From an uncultured bacterium (GTDB lineage Bacteria > Verrucomicrobiota > Verrucomicrobiia > Verrucomicrobiales > DEV007): 64,000 nucleotides of DNA. Position numbers and translations under genes: made by a program. Positions 1-9,032 of the stretch are shown here, one piece after another. The notes under the pieces were generated by a model that was not told where the DNA came from, made no database searches, and was given only the letters and a program-made list of their open reading frames with translations. Each line of letters starts with the position of its first letter. Position 1 is the first letter of the stretch. Location of the stretch: NCBI GenBank assembly GCA_963977015.1, contig CAXBMO010000003.1, positions 320,001 to 384,000 of the forward strand. The letters run 5' to 3'.

Positions 1-2
1 TT

Positions 3-1289
3 TTCTTTGCGACGCGCAGTCTTCCCTGGTGGCTCAGGCTCGGATTTTGCCTCTTTTTCGGGGTGGTCGGATCTTACAGCGCGATTCATGCCCTCGCAAT
101 TTGGCCAGCGGTACTGATCCTCCAACTTCTCTCAGGAAATGCAGGCAGGATCTGGCATCGATTCTTATTTGTCGTGGTTTGGCTGGCGGTGGGCTCCTTT
201 GTTTTTATCGATTACTTCTCGACGGCGAATCCCGACGGCAGCCGATCCTTCACCGCAGCGGAGCAAGTTCAAAATATTGATGTTGAAACGGAGATTACCG
301 AATGGTTTTCCCTATCGGGAGACCTGATTCTGCGAGGCTGGCAACCGCCAGAACAGCGAGAGTTCTTTGTGATTCCCGGATTGATCGTCGTAAGCCTGTT
401 TCTCCTTTGCGCGATCGGATGGCTCATGTCGTCGTTGGGAAGGAGTCGGACGTTGCTTTGGAATCGCTGCCTACCCTGGGTGGGAATAGGCGCATCATGC
501 CTTCTGGGCGCAATGTTGATTAGCGTCCTGATTGATTCATCCCAAGCCTCGAACACAGGTCTGGACTTCTCTCTGGTATTGATGCCGACCTTGATCAGCA
601 TTGTGGCTCTGTTCACCATCCTGACCACGGACAAAGTTCAACGGTCTCCGCAATCCAGCATTTCAGACCATCTCCCAATCTGGTGGGCCACCGCCGTATG
701 CGGAGTCCTCCTTCATCAGGGTGGAGCTTGGTATCAGGGATATTGGATGATTAACGATGTTCAGGCGGATCGGCTGAAAACGCGCTCACAATTGGTGTTT
801 CTCGACGTTCACCCTCCCCAGGAACTCTTTGGGTTCGGCACGAAAGACCTGTCGGTGGCAACGAAGCGAGCCCACTTCTTGGATCAGAACAAATACTTGA
901 AGCCGGCACTTTTTCCAAATTTGAGGATGGAACCTTTTTCCCTCGAAACCGAGCCACTCAGCAGTGAACAGGCCGAGCTCTACGTGCCGGAAATTGAGGG
1001 AAACACTCTCCATTTTCGGGGAATCGCCGAAATTCCCGGATTTCAATCCCGCCCGGCGGATTTGGTCGCCATGGTTCGGCAGCTTCCTCAAGATGGCGTT
1101 CGGGAGATTCTAAAACTGGCCAAAGCAAGCGAATTAGGCCCGCGAGCCTGGGAGCTCAGCATCTCAAACAGCCTCAATGACACCCTTGAATTCTGGGTGC
1201 TCGACATGGCAACGATGAAAGCTTTTCCAATCGGAAAACAATACTCAAAACGCGATGGCATACCGGTTTTGGAAAGCTTTGCGTTTTAA
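3..1289 (+). CDS. Polytopic membrane protein with C-terminal soluble domain, 5'-truncated by the window edge; function unknown
   Basis: Frame is open from position 3 (FFATRSLPWWLRLGF...). Several hydrophobic segments are followed by a hydrophilic ~170-aa tail. Confidence 0.7.
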   Translation, partial: FFATRSLPWWLRLGFCLFFGVVGSYSAIHALAIWPAVLILQLLSGNAGRIWHRFLFVVVWLAVGSFVFIDYFSTANPDGSRSFTAAEQVQNIDVETEITEWFSLSGDLILRGWQPPEQREFFVIPGLIVVSLFLLCAIGWLMSSLGRSRTLLWNRCLPWVGIGASCLLGAMLISVLIDSSQASNTGLDFSLVLMPTLISIVALFTILTTDKVQRSPQSSISDHLPIWWATAVCGVLLHQGGAWYQGYWMINDVQADRLKTRSQLVFLDVHPPQELFGFGTKDLSVATKRAHFLDQNKYLKPALFPNLRMEPFSLETEPLSSEQAELYVPEIEGNTLHFRGIAEIPGFQSRPADLVAMVRQLPQDGVREILKLAKASELGPRAWELSISNSLNDTLEFWVLDMATMKAFPIGKQYSKRDGIPVLESFAF

Positions 1290-1320
1290 CGCCTCTTCCT
1301 AACCCCAGAGAACCATTCAC

Positions 1321-1354
1321 AAAAAACCTCGACCACCCAAACGGTAGTCGAGGT
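1321..1354 (-). terminator. Intrinsic terminator of the HU gene
   Basis: Minus strand reads ACCUCGACUACC-GUUUG-GGUGGUCGAGGU-UUUUU: a 12-bp stem with one G-U pair plus a U tract, ~30 nt after the HU stop. Confidence 0.85.
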
Positions 1355-1384
1355 CATCCAAAAAGGATTGGTCGAAGCCGTGGC

Positions 1385-1705
1385 TTAAACCATGTCTTTA
1401 AGGGCCTTAAGAGGACGAACCTTCACAACCTTGCCGGCTGGCTTCGCTGCGATTTCCATTGGCTCGCCTGTACGAGGATTGACGCCCATGCGCTTTTTCG
1501 TCGCCGGCTTCTTCTTAACTTCAATCTTCAACAATCCCGGAAGCGTGAAGCTACCTGGTCCGCGCTTGCTGATGCTCTTGTTGATGAGGTTACCCAATTC
1601 ATCCAAAACACCGTTCACATCCGCTTTGGTAAGCCCTGTGGTTTCGGCGAGTGATGTGACGATCTCAGATTTCGTCGGCTCTTTTTTTGCAGCTGCAGTA
1701 GCCAT
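1385..1705 (-). CDS. hup: HU/IHF-family histone-like DNA-binding protein
   Basis: TKSEIV..LAE.TGLTKADV, FTLPGLLKIEVKKKPA, GVNPRTGEPMEIAAKP, VKVRPLKALKDMV. Start moved to the ATG at 1705 (MATAAAKK). Confidence 0.92.
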   Translation of the reverse strand: MATAAAKKEPTKSEIVTSLAETTGLTKADVNGVLDELGNLINKSISKRGPGSFTLPGLLKIEVKKKPATKKRMGVNPRTGEPMEIAAKPAGKVVKVRPLKALKDMV

Positions 1706-2203
1706 GTTATTATCTAGTATGTGGTTAGGGAATCCATCTCCAGCACTACTTCGTGCAATGCTAGTGTGGTTTGAAGGCTCATAATATCCTCCGGCCGCAT
1801 CGTCAATGCGATTTGCTGTTTTTTTAGCGACAAAACTGGGACACCTCCTGGAGCCAGCCTGGCCATTCTGACGCGATTGGGAATCACAGTTGCAGGAATT
1901 CAGCCCATCCTTCCCTAACAAATCGCCTTTTGGGACCGTTCAACGAAGCGGACCGATTGAAGTTGGATTTCCGTCCCTACCCCAAAAGTATTGCAGGTTT
2001 AGTGATTCTGATCTATCATTCTCTATTGCCTTATTGTCGGACATTTCTACAACAATCGGAAACTTTCCGTCTAAACCGCAACAACTAATGTCTGCCCCTA
2101 AACCCCCCTTCCATTCAATCATCGCTGCAAAATCTGGCTTCACAAAACATCCCATCTTCATCAATCAGCCCGAAGGGAGAAACGGGGGCAGAAACTGATC
2201 ACA

Positions 2204-3232
2204 ATGCAGTTTCCAAATTACAACCGTCTGGCCGCGCTGCCGTTTCTGGACCGTCTCCTTCCAAACTGGCAGGAGAACAGGCCTTCCTCGGAAGATAGCC
2301 AGAATAAACGAGGTGAACGCCCCAAAATTGGACTGGCACTCAGTTCTGGTGGCGCAAAAGGACTAACCCATATCGGAGTCATTCAAGTCCTGGAGGAACA
2401 TCAGATTCCCATCGACATGATTGCCGGCACCAGCATGGGCTCCTACATTGGAGCCTGCTGGGCGAGCGGCTTAACGGGGAAGGAAATGGAAACCCTGGCG
2501 GGCGAAATCCAGACTCCCAGGGACCGGATTCACCTTTTGGATCCCGTGTTTCCACCAAGGAAGGGATTTCTCCGGGGTCACAAGGTTCGCAAACGACTTC
2601 AGAAGTCCATTGGTGAGCGCGATTTCTCGGAATTGAAAATTCCATTGGCAGTCATCGCGACTGAGATGGGAACCTACCGGTCTCATGTGATTAAAACCGG
2701 CAATGTGGCTGACGCCGTCCACGCCAGTTCCGCCATTCCCGGAATCTGTTGGCCCGTGGAAATTGATGGATCGCTCTTTGTTGATGGCGGCGTCGCGAAT
2801 CCATTGCCCGTCAATGCACTCCTTGAAGCCGGAATGGATTTCATTATCGCCGTAAACGTCATACCATCCGTCTCCCAGCTCCAAGCGGAAAAGGTTCGCG
2901 CAGCTGAGTCTGAACCCCCTGTAAGCGGGTTGCGCCGCGTGTCCCGGTGGTTCAATAAGCATTTCAACTACTTCGCCGCTGGCAACATTCTCGACACCTT
3001 AAGGAGTTCTGCATTGGGTGCCCAAATTCGGGTTGCCGAGTTCAGTGGCGAACAGGCACATGTCCACCTGCGCCCGTCCCTCTGCACCGGCGATTGGCAC
3101 GATTACCACAACTCAGGAAAGTACATCCAAGCAGGACGGGAGTGTGCCGAAGCCCATTTGAACGAAATTCTGGCACTTTTAGAAGAGCCCACCTCGCCCA
3201 ATCCCTCCAACCCAAAGTTGAACCATGCTTAA
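2204..3232 (+). CDS. Patatin-like phospholipase (RssA/NTE type)
   Basis: Oxyanion loop LALSSGGAKG, nucleophile elbow GTSMG, ASSAIPG, catalytic Asp in VDGGV.NP.P. Confidence 0.9.
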   Translation: MQFPNYNRLAALPFLDRLLPNWQENRPSSEDSQNKRGERPKIGLALSSGGAKGLTHIGVIQVLEEHQIPIDMIAGTSMGSYIGACWASGLTGKEMETLAGEIQTPRDRIHLLDPVFPPRKGFLRGHKVRKRLQKSIGERDFSELKIPLAVIATEMGTYRSHVIKTGNVADAVHASSAIPGICWPVEIDGSLFVDGGVANPLPVNALLEAGMDFIIAVNVIPSVSQLQAEKVRAAESEPPVSGLRRVSRWFNKHFNYFAAGNILDTLRSSALGAQIRVAEFSGEQAHVHLRPSLCTGDWHDYHNSGKYIQAGRECAEAHLNEILALLEEPTSPNPSNPKLNHA

Positions 3233-4757
3233 GCCTCTTGATTCATTGATCAGTAAACGTTGGGATTCCTGTCCACCAGAACTGCTGCGGAATTGGCAAA
3301 TCGATCGGTTTCGCCGCTACCTGAGGGATACCGTGCTCCCATTCTCCAAACACTATCGAGAGCTGGAGATCGAACCAAACGACCTTCGTTCGTTTGATGA
3401 TCTGGCCAAGCTTCCGTTTACCCAAAAGCGTCACCTGATCCCAACTGAAGAAGCGCCCAACCGCCCAAGGGACTTTGTTTTGATCCCCGATAAGGATGTG
3501 CTCAAGAGGCGCCCGTCAACCTTAACGAAAGCGTTGTTCATGGGAAAAGGACGGGTCGAGCGGGACTTTGAACGGGAATTCCGACCCATCATGATGACTA
3601 GTACCACGGGGAGATCGACCGAACCCGTTCCTTTTCTCTATACTGCCCATGATCTGGAGAACCTGAAGACATCCGGGATTCGTCTCATGCAAATTTGCGA
3701 CTCCAGAAAGGAGTTTCGCCATATGAACCTCTTTCCCTTTGCGCCGCACCTCGCCTTTTGGCAGACGCACTACGCGGGGATAGGCTTTAACACCTTCAAC
3801 ATCGATACCGGCGGTGGGCGGGGTATGGGCACGGACGCGAGCGTCTCACTCATGGGCCGCATCAAACCCGATGCCATCATCGGAATGCCCACCTTTATTT
3901 ATCACGTGCTCCAACAGGCCGTGGAAGAGGGGCTTACCTGGAAAAACCTTCAAAAAGTCGTCCTCGGAGGTGAAAAAGTTCCCAATGGTATGCGCCGAAA
4001 ACTCAAGGCGCTAGCGGCCGAACTCGGTTCCGGGAAGGTTGATGTTTTGGCGACCTACGGGTTTACGGAAGCAAAGACGGCATGGCCCGAATGCCCAAAC
4101 CCAAGCGGCGAGTCAACCGGCTATCATCTTTCGCCGGATTTGGGAATCGTTGAGATCATTGATCCGGAAACCGGAACCCCGGTCGGAGAGAACTCGCCCG
4201 GTGAGATTGTCTATTCCCCTTTGAATGCCCGGGGATCTGTAGTAATCCGCTATCGAACAGGTGACGAAATCAGCGGTGGGCTTACCCACGAACCCTGCCC
4301 TTCTTGTGGTCGAAGTGTCCCCAGACTCATTGGAAACATTTCCCGTGTCAGTGACTACCGCCGCCTGCGGATCGGGAAGCTGAAGGGAACGCTGGTGAAC
4401 TTCAACGAACTTGAACACATTCTCGATGATATCGATGAAATCGGAACCTGGCAGATGGAGATCCGAAACGTCAATGACGACCCGTTGGCCGGCGACGAAA
4501 TCATCGTGCACGTTTGTCGCAATCCCAGACTCCGAAACATCAAAAGGGACTCTCTCAATGCGATGATCAGACGCCGCTTTCAAGTCGGTGCGGAAATATC
4601 ACCGAATCGGATCGAGTTTCATTCCGCGGCTCAGATCCGCGATAAACAAGGCGTCGGCGAGAATCTAAAGGAAGAGAAAGTGATCGATTTAAGGGTCCAA
4701 GATCAACATTTGGACAGAAAGAATAAGATCTTGTCAAACCAGCCTATTTCGAGGTAA
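3225..4757 (+). CDS. Phenylacetate-CoA ligase (PaaK)-like adenylate-forming enzyme
   Basis: DLAKLPFTQK, variant P-loop TSTTGRSTEP, GGEK, TYGFTE, VEIIDPETG, GEIV, RYRTGD, CPSCGR. Overlaps the patatin gene by 8 nt. Confidence 0.85.
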   Translation: MLKPLDSLISKRWDSCPPELLRNWQIDRFRRYLRDTVLPFSKHYRELEIEPNDLRSFDDLAKLPFTQKRHLIPTEEAPNRPRDFVLIPDKDVLKRRPSTLTKALFMGKGRVERDFEREFRPIMMTSTTGRSTEPVPFLYTAHDLENLKTSGIRLMQICDSRKEFRHMNLFPFAPHLAFWQTHYAGIGFNTFNIDTGGGRGMGTDASVSLMGRIKPDAIIGMPTFIYHVLQQAVEEGLTWKNLQKVVLGGEKVPNGMRRKLKALAAELGSGKVDVLATYGFTEAKTAWPECPNPSGESTGYHLSPDLGIVEIIDPETGTPVGENSPGEIVYSPLNARGSVVIRYRTGDEISGGLTHEPCPSCGRSVPRLIGNISRVSDYRRLRIGKLKGTLVNFNELEHILDDIDEIGTWQMEIRNVNDDPLAGDEIIVHVCRNPRLRNIKRDSLNAMIRRRFQVGAEISPNRIEFHSAAQIRDKQGVGENLKEEKVIDLRVQDQHLDRKNKILSNQPISR

Positions 4758-4787
4758 GTTTAGTGACCTGAAACTTACGTCGAAATC

Positions 4788-5711
4788 ATGGAAACGAACG
4801 CCCAAGAAGCAGATAGAGAGCTTCTCTTACGCTACGAGCGTGCTGCAAAACAGTTGGAACCTTGGAAGTTGGCGATCGATTCAATCGACGATCTGAGCCA
4901 GAAAGAGCTGGCCAATGGCCGCTTTTCCAAGATCGAGAAATTGGCGACCTACGTCTCCGAGCGTCTTTCTGATTTGAGTTTTGCCCGTGAGAACGGCCTC
5001 GACTATTTGTGTCGAGACGCGGCAAACAAAGTCGACGAATTTGAGCGCGAAATCCTGAAGTTGCGCAACGACTACAACATGACGGCGACGACGCCGACCG
5101 ATACGGCGCCGACCAAGAACGCGTCACGACCATCCGCCCTTCAGGATATGCGGGCGGCCTCGAGTGTTTCCGCGTCTTTAGCGCCACCATCAAATTCCAC
5201 GGCCCCGGGCAGAAGTTCCGTCATTCAGGAAATGAAAGCCAAAGCAGCAACCGGCTCCGTCCAAATATCGACCTCTCAGTTCGCCGAAGTCGCCAACGAG
5301 GTGCAACGCTGGGCGGCTTCCTTGGAGAGTTTCTCTCAACAGATTCGAGACTTGGAAAAAAATGTCAACATTGGCAATTCCCCGTCCGATCGTCGCCGTC
5401 GAATTGTTGACCTTCAGTCTAGGCATCGCAAAGCCATGGAACGAATCGGCCGCTGCCGCGGATGGGTTCGCACCGGAGTCACCAGACTGGCTTCAACCAA
5501 GGATTGGCAAAGGGACTTTGAGATGGCACGGGACGAAGTTTCCAACTTGGGCGACATTCTCGATCGCTTGAACACTCCCAGCTCTACGATTTCTCCACCA
5601 CCCGTCCCTTCGAAAAAGCCCGAAGTGAAGACGGTTCCGATTGGAAGGGGGAGCAAGGCAAAGATCCGCCCTTCGATCGGGCTGGCGCCCTCCGACTTTG
5701 AGAACAATTAG
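4788..5711 (+). CDS. Hypothetical helical/coiled-coil protein with S/T/P/A-rich linker
   Basis: 307-aa ORF 30 nt after the ligase. Two charged amphipathic helical regions are separated by a low-complexity linker. Confidence 0.7.
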   Translation: METNAQEADRELLLRYERAAKQLEPWKLAIDSIDDLSQKELANGRFSKIEKLATYVSERLSDLSFARENGLDYLCRDAANKVDEFEREILKLRNDYNMTATTPTDTAPTKNASRPSALQDMRAASSVSASLAPPSNSTAPGRSSVIQEMKAKAATGSVQISTSQFAEVANEVQRWAASLESFSQQIRDLEKNVNIGNSPSDRRRRIVDLQSRHRKAMERIGRCRGWVRTGVTRLASTKDWQRDFEMARDEVSNLGDILDRLNTPSSTISPPPVPSKKPEVKTVPIGRGSKAKIRPSIGLAPSDFENN

Positions 5712-5763
5712 GCGAGGCTGAGACTGAATCTGACCTTCCGGCCGAAGGACTTGTTTAGTCTTC

Positions 5764-6336
5764 TCAGTCCATTTCCCGCGATCTCGGTTCGCGCTGAACC
5801 GTGCTGGCGCTCGAAGGACAGGTCACAAACGGTCCTCCCGCGAGAGGAGCTTCCCCGGTGAATGCCACGTCTGGAAGGTCGCTTTCCTTGCCCGCCAAGG
5901 GGAAATCTTTGCGGAGGGGATAAAAGGGATAACCGTCCCACATCAAAATTCGCCGCAAATCCGGATGTCCTTCGAACTTGAGGCCCATCATGTCGTAGAT
6001 TTCTCGCTCATGCCAATCTGCGGTGGCCCAAAGATCAGAAACCGTTTGGACAGTTCCTTCATCTTCCGAGACGGCGAATCGAACGCGGAGATGAGCTTTG
6101 GTGCTGTAAGAATATAGCTCATAGACCATCTCAAACCGTGGTTCCTGGCCAAAATGATCAAGGCTGCTGATATCAACCATACAATCAAACGCCAACTCAT
6201 CGCGGCAGTACTTAAGAATGGCTTTTCCCGATGAAGGATCGACCACGACCGTCTGTTCCCCGCGAAAATCGACGGTCTTCTGAATAGCGGTCCCAAATTG
6301 GGATTTAAGGGCGTCTACAACTTCTGATGCAGTCAT
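5764..6336 (-). CDS. nuoC: NADH-quinone oxidoreductase subunit C
   Basis: RFEMVYEL, ADWHEREIYDMMGLKFEGHPDLRRIL, PLRKDFPL. Confidence 0.95.
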   Translation of the reverse strand: MTASEVVDALKSQFGTAIQKTVDFRGEQTVVVDPSSGKAILKYCRDELAFDCMVDISSLDHFGQEPRFEMVYELYSYSTKAHLRVRFAVSEDEGTVQTVSDLWATADWHEREIYDMMGLKFEGHPDLRRILMWDGYPFYPLRKDFPLAGKESDLPDVAFTGEAPLAGGPFVTCPSSASTVQREPRSREMD

Positions 6337-6341
6337 CTGCG

Positions 6342-6878
6342 TTAGGCTTTGAGTTCCTCAAGTAGAGCTTTTTTCTGATCCACAAACGAAGTCTCTGATT
6401 CGATTTTTTGCTGAAGTCTCATGAGACCTTCCAAGAGAGCTTCTGGCCGTGGAGGACAACCTGAAATGTAGACATCCACGGGGATCAATTGGTCGATGCC
6501 TTGAAGCACCGCGTAGCTCCGATACATGCCACCGCTGGACGCACAAGCTCCCATCGCAATGCACCACTTTGGCTCTGCCATCTGATCCCAGATGCGTTTC
6601 ACCGCGAGAGCCATCTTGTAAGTCACCGTTCCAGAAACAATCATCACATCCGATTGCCGAGGTGAAAACCGCATCGCTTCCGAACCGAAACGCGCAATGT
6701 CATACCGAGCTGCGCCGGCGGCCATCAGCTCAATTGCGCAACAGGCAAGTCCCATCGGCATTGGCCACAGAGAGTTTTTCCGCATCCAGTTAATCGCCGT
6801 GTCCAACCTCGTGAAGATGATGTTGTTTTCGGCCTTCGTATCGAAGGAAAGCGGGGAGTTGGTTAGATCTTTCTCCAT
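6342..6878 (-). CDS. nuoB: NADH-quinone oxidoreductase subunit B
   Basis: [43 protein letters not shown] (N2 cluster ligands). Confidence 0.97.
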   Translation of the reverse strand: MEKDLTNSPLSFDTKAENNIIFTRLDTAINWMRKNSLWPMPMGLACCAIELMAAGAARYDIARFGSEAMRFSPRQSDVMIVSGTVTYKMALAVKRIWDQMAEPKWCIAMGACASSGGMYRSYAVLQGIDQLIPVDVYISGCPPRPEALLEGLMRLQQKIESETSFVDQKKALLEELKA

Positions 6879-6969
6879 ACTAGAGGGTGCGGAAATTCAA
6901 GTTCCAACAGCCTATGATTGGGACGACTGGCTGCAAGCCGACTTTGTGAATTTTTTCACAAGCTCGGAA

Positions 6970-8067
6970 TTACCTTTGGAACGCATGATTGGCATAACTC
7001 TGCTCAGCGGTACTGAACCACTGTGACGAGGCCTCTTTAAACGCCTTCCAGTGCTCATAGACACGCTTGTAGTCTGAATTGGAGGCGGCAAGTTCTGCAT
7101 GAAGCTTTTCCGATTCTTTTTCAGCAGCCGCCATGATATCCGCGCTGAACGGGCGCAGGTTCACGCCTTTTTCGATCAATTCCTGTAACGCCTGGGGATT
7201 CTTGGCATCGTAAGATTCCAACATGGTCGAAGATGATTCGGCGCAGGCCGCTTCAAGTGCTGCTTGATACGAAGTTGGCAACTCTTCCCAAAACGTTTTG
7301 TTCACGTAGATGCTGATGTTCGCACCCGGCTCCCACCATCCGGGATAATAATAGTTCTTCGCGACCTGCCAGAACCCCAGTTTCTGATCGTCATACGGGC
7401 CAACCCATTCTGCGGCATCGATCGCGCCTCGTTCCAGTGCTGGATAGACTTCACCACCTTGAAGAACCTGAACGGTTACACCCAGACGATCCATAATTTC
7501 GCCTCCTAACCCTGGAATTCGCATGACCAATCCCTGCAGATCCTGAAGCGAATTGATCTCCTTGCGAAACCAACCGCCCATTTGCTGGCCGGTATTGCCG
7601 CCCGCAAACGACTTGATGTTAAACTGGGCGAGAATCTCGTTCATCAACTCCAAACCTCCTGCCTGGTTGAGCCAGGCGTTCTGTTGACGGGCGGTAAGTC
7701 CAAAAGGAACCGCCGTCTCAAACGCGAGCGCCGGGTGTTTGCCTTTGTAGTAGTAGGCAGCCGTATGGCCAATCTCGACACCACCTCCTGAAACGGCGTC
7801 CATCACCTCCCCGCCAGGAACGAGTTCTCCGGCAGGGTAAACCTCGATCTCAAAAAATCCGTCCGTCAGTTGAGCAACTCTGGTCGCCATCTTCTCGGCA
7901 AATCCGTAGATCGTGTCAAGTGAGCGCGGATAACTGGAGGCCAATTTCCAGCGGATTCGTTTCCGTTCTTGGGTTCCCGCTCCGTTTTCTTCCGAGCCAC
8001 AACTGGTCAAGGCGGCCCCTGCTGCAGAACTCGCACCGAGCCCGGAAACAAATTTTCTTCGATTCAT
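6970..8067 (-). CDS. TRAP transporter substrate-binding protein (DctP/TakP type), Tat-exported lipoprotein
   Basis: MNRRKFV twin-arginine signal followed by LTSC lipobox; GNTGQQMGGWFRKEI, MRIPG, ALERGAIDAAEWVGPYDD, YYYPGWWEP. Confidence 0.92.
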   Translation of the reverse strand: MNRRKFVSGLGASSAAGAALTSCGSEENGAGTQERKRIRWKLASSYPRSLDTIYGFAEKMATRVAQLTDGFFEIEVYPAGELVPGGEVMDAVSGGGVEIGHTAAYYYKGKHPALAFETAVPFGLTARQQNAWLNQAGGLELMNEILAQFNIKSFAGGNTGQQMGGWFRKEINSLQDLQGLVMRIPGLGGEIMDRLGVTVQVLQGGEVYPALERGAIDAAEWVGPYDDQKLGFWQVAKNYYYPGWWEPGANISIYVNKTFWEELPTSYQAALEAACAESSSTMLESYDAKNPQALQELIEKGVNLRPFSADIMAAAEKESEKLHAELAASNSDYKRVYEHWKAFKEASSQWFSTAEQSYANHAFQR

Positions 8068-8136
8068 ACGTGTGTCTTCGTGCCATAGAGACACCGAGGC
8101 ACCAACGCAAGAGAAACTCGGCTGACAGGTAACCCT

Positions 8137-8505
8137 TTAACTCCACTCGTGCCCACAACTGCGGCAACAGAGATGAATTGGATCACCCGATTTTTGCATC
8201 AAGCGAAAACGCGGCTCCAACGGGAAATAGAGGTCCCGTTCATCATCCTCCACAGCCGGGTGCACATCTTGCGAACTGCATTCCGGGCACTGCAGCACAT
8301 CGTCCTCCGCCATCTTCTCTTGAACAATATCTGCCAGTAACCGCATCGCGTCCTCGATCTGCCGATCGGACACAAACAAATTATAAATCGTGTCTCCCGA
8401 TGCCGTGTGATCACCGGTGAGGCCGGTCCGAATCCTTTGCTGCTCCATTCTCCCCGCAACGGTCTCGGCCGAGCTTTCGCGATGAAAAATTGCTAAATGC
8501 TGCAT
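8137..8505 (-). CDS. Small protein with DUF2007-like (putative signal-transducing) N-terminal domain and C-terminal zinc ribbon
   Basis: N-terminal pattern F....A..V...M....I...L.V...Q...A..LL, then CPEC...CRSCGHEW. Confidence 0.7.
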   Translation of the reverse strand: MQHLAIFHRESSAETVAGRMEQQRIRTGLTGDHTASGDTIYNLFVSDRQIEDAMRLLADIVQEKMAEDDVLQCPECSSQDVHPAVEDDERDLYFPLEPRFRLMQKSGDPIHLCCRSCGHEWS

Positions 8506-8560
8506 GATTCTTTTGGGTTGTTTTCCTACCTATTTAACTAGTCTTTATCCCATCTTGTAA

Positions 8561-8576
8561 AGCTAAATTCGTGCCA
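8561..8576 (-). promoter_or_regulatory. Putative sigma54 (-24/-12) promoter
   Basis: Minus strand TGGCACGAATTTAGCT versus consensus TGGCACG-N4-TTGCW (one mismatch, GG-N10-GC spacing exact), 55 nt upstream of the ATG at 8505. Confidence 0.7.
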
Positions 8577-9032
8577 TCACCGAATCGAACCTCAAAGCTC
8601 TTCTTTTTGAGCCGTTTTAAGCGCTCAAAGCCCTCCTGCCGTTGACACTTATTATGACGGTTTTGAAACTTTTAGCTTAGTCCTTTTGCTTGTTTGCTCA
8701 GTTCCTTGCCGATCCGTCGCGTCTTCGGCGCTGTTTTCCTGCCGCTACGGTCCCTTTTTCCTTCTCAGATTCACGAGAACCCCAAGGTTGAAGCGCGCCC
8801 TACCTATCATCACCACAATTTGCCAGGAAATCACAAATTTTGGAGGACAATCGCCAGTTTTAAGCGAGGATAATGACGCCCGAAGTGGCTGCTGAGCGAG
8901 ACTAGATTTCCTTTCGCGGAACGATGTTGCCTGCCTCAGAAATGAGTTCACCATCATCACCCGGACTTTAACAATGAAGGTCATACCAGCAGTCCTTCGG
9001 GTATTTTTGTTTGAGCTTTTGCTCCAACGCTC

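Noticed and set aside
1706-1921. N-terminal extension of the HU ORF in the ORF track
   Set aside because: The HU fold begins at MATAAAKK (1705); the upstream part looks like UTR or promoter sequence.
2204-3232. Patatin as a CBASS or other anti-phage effector
   Set aside because: No CD-NTase or other defence genes nearby; the sequence is of the housekeeping RssA type.
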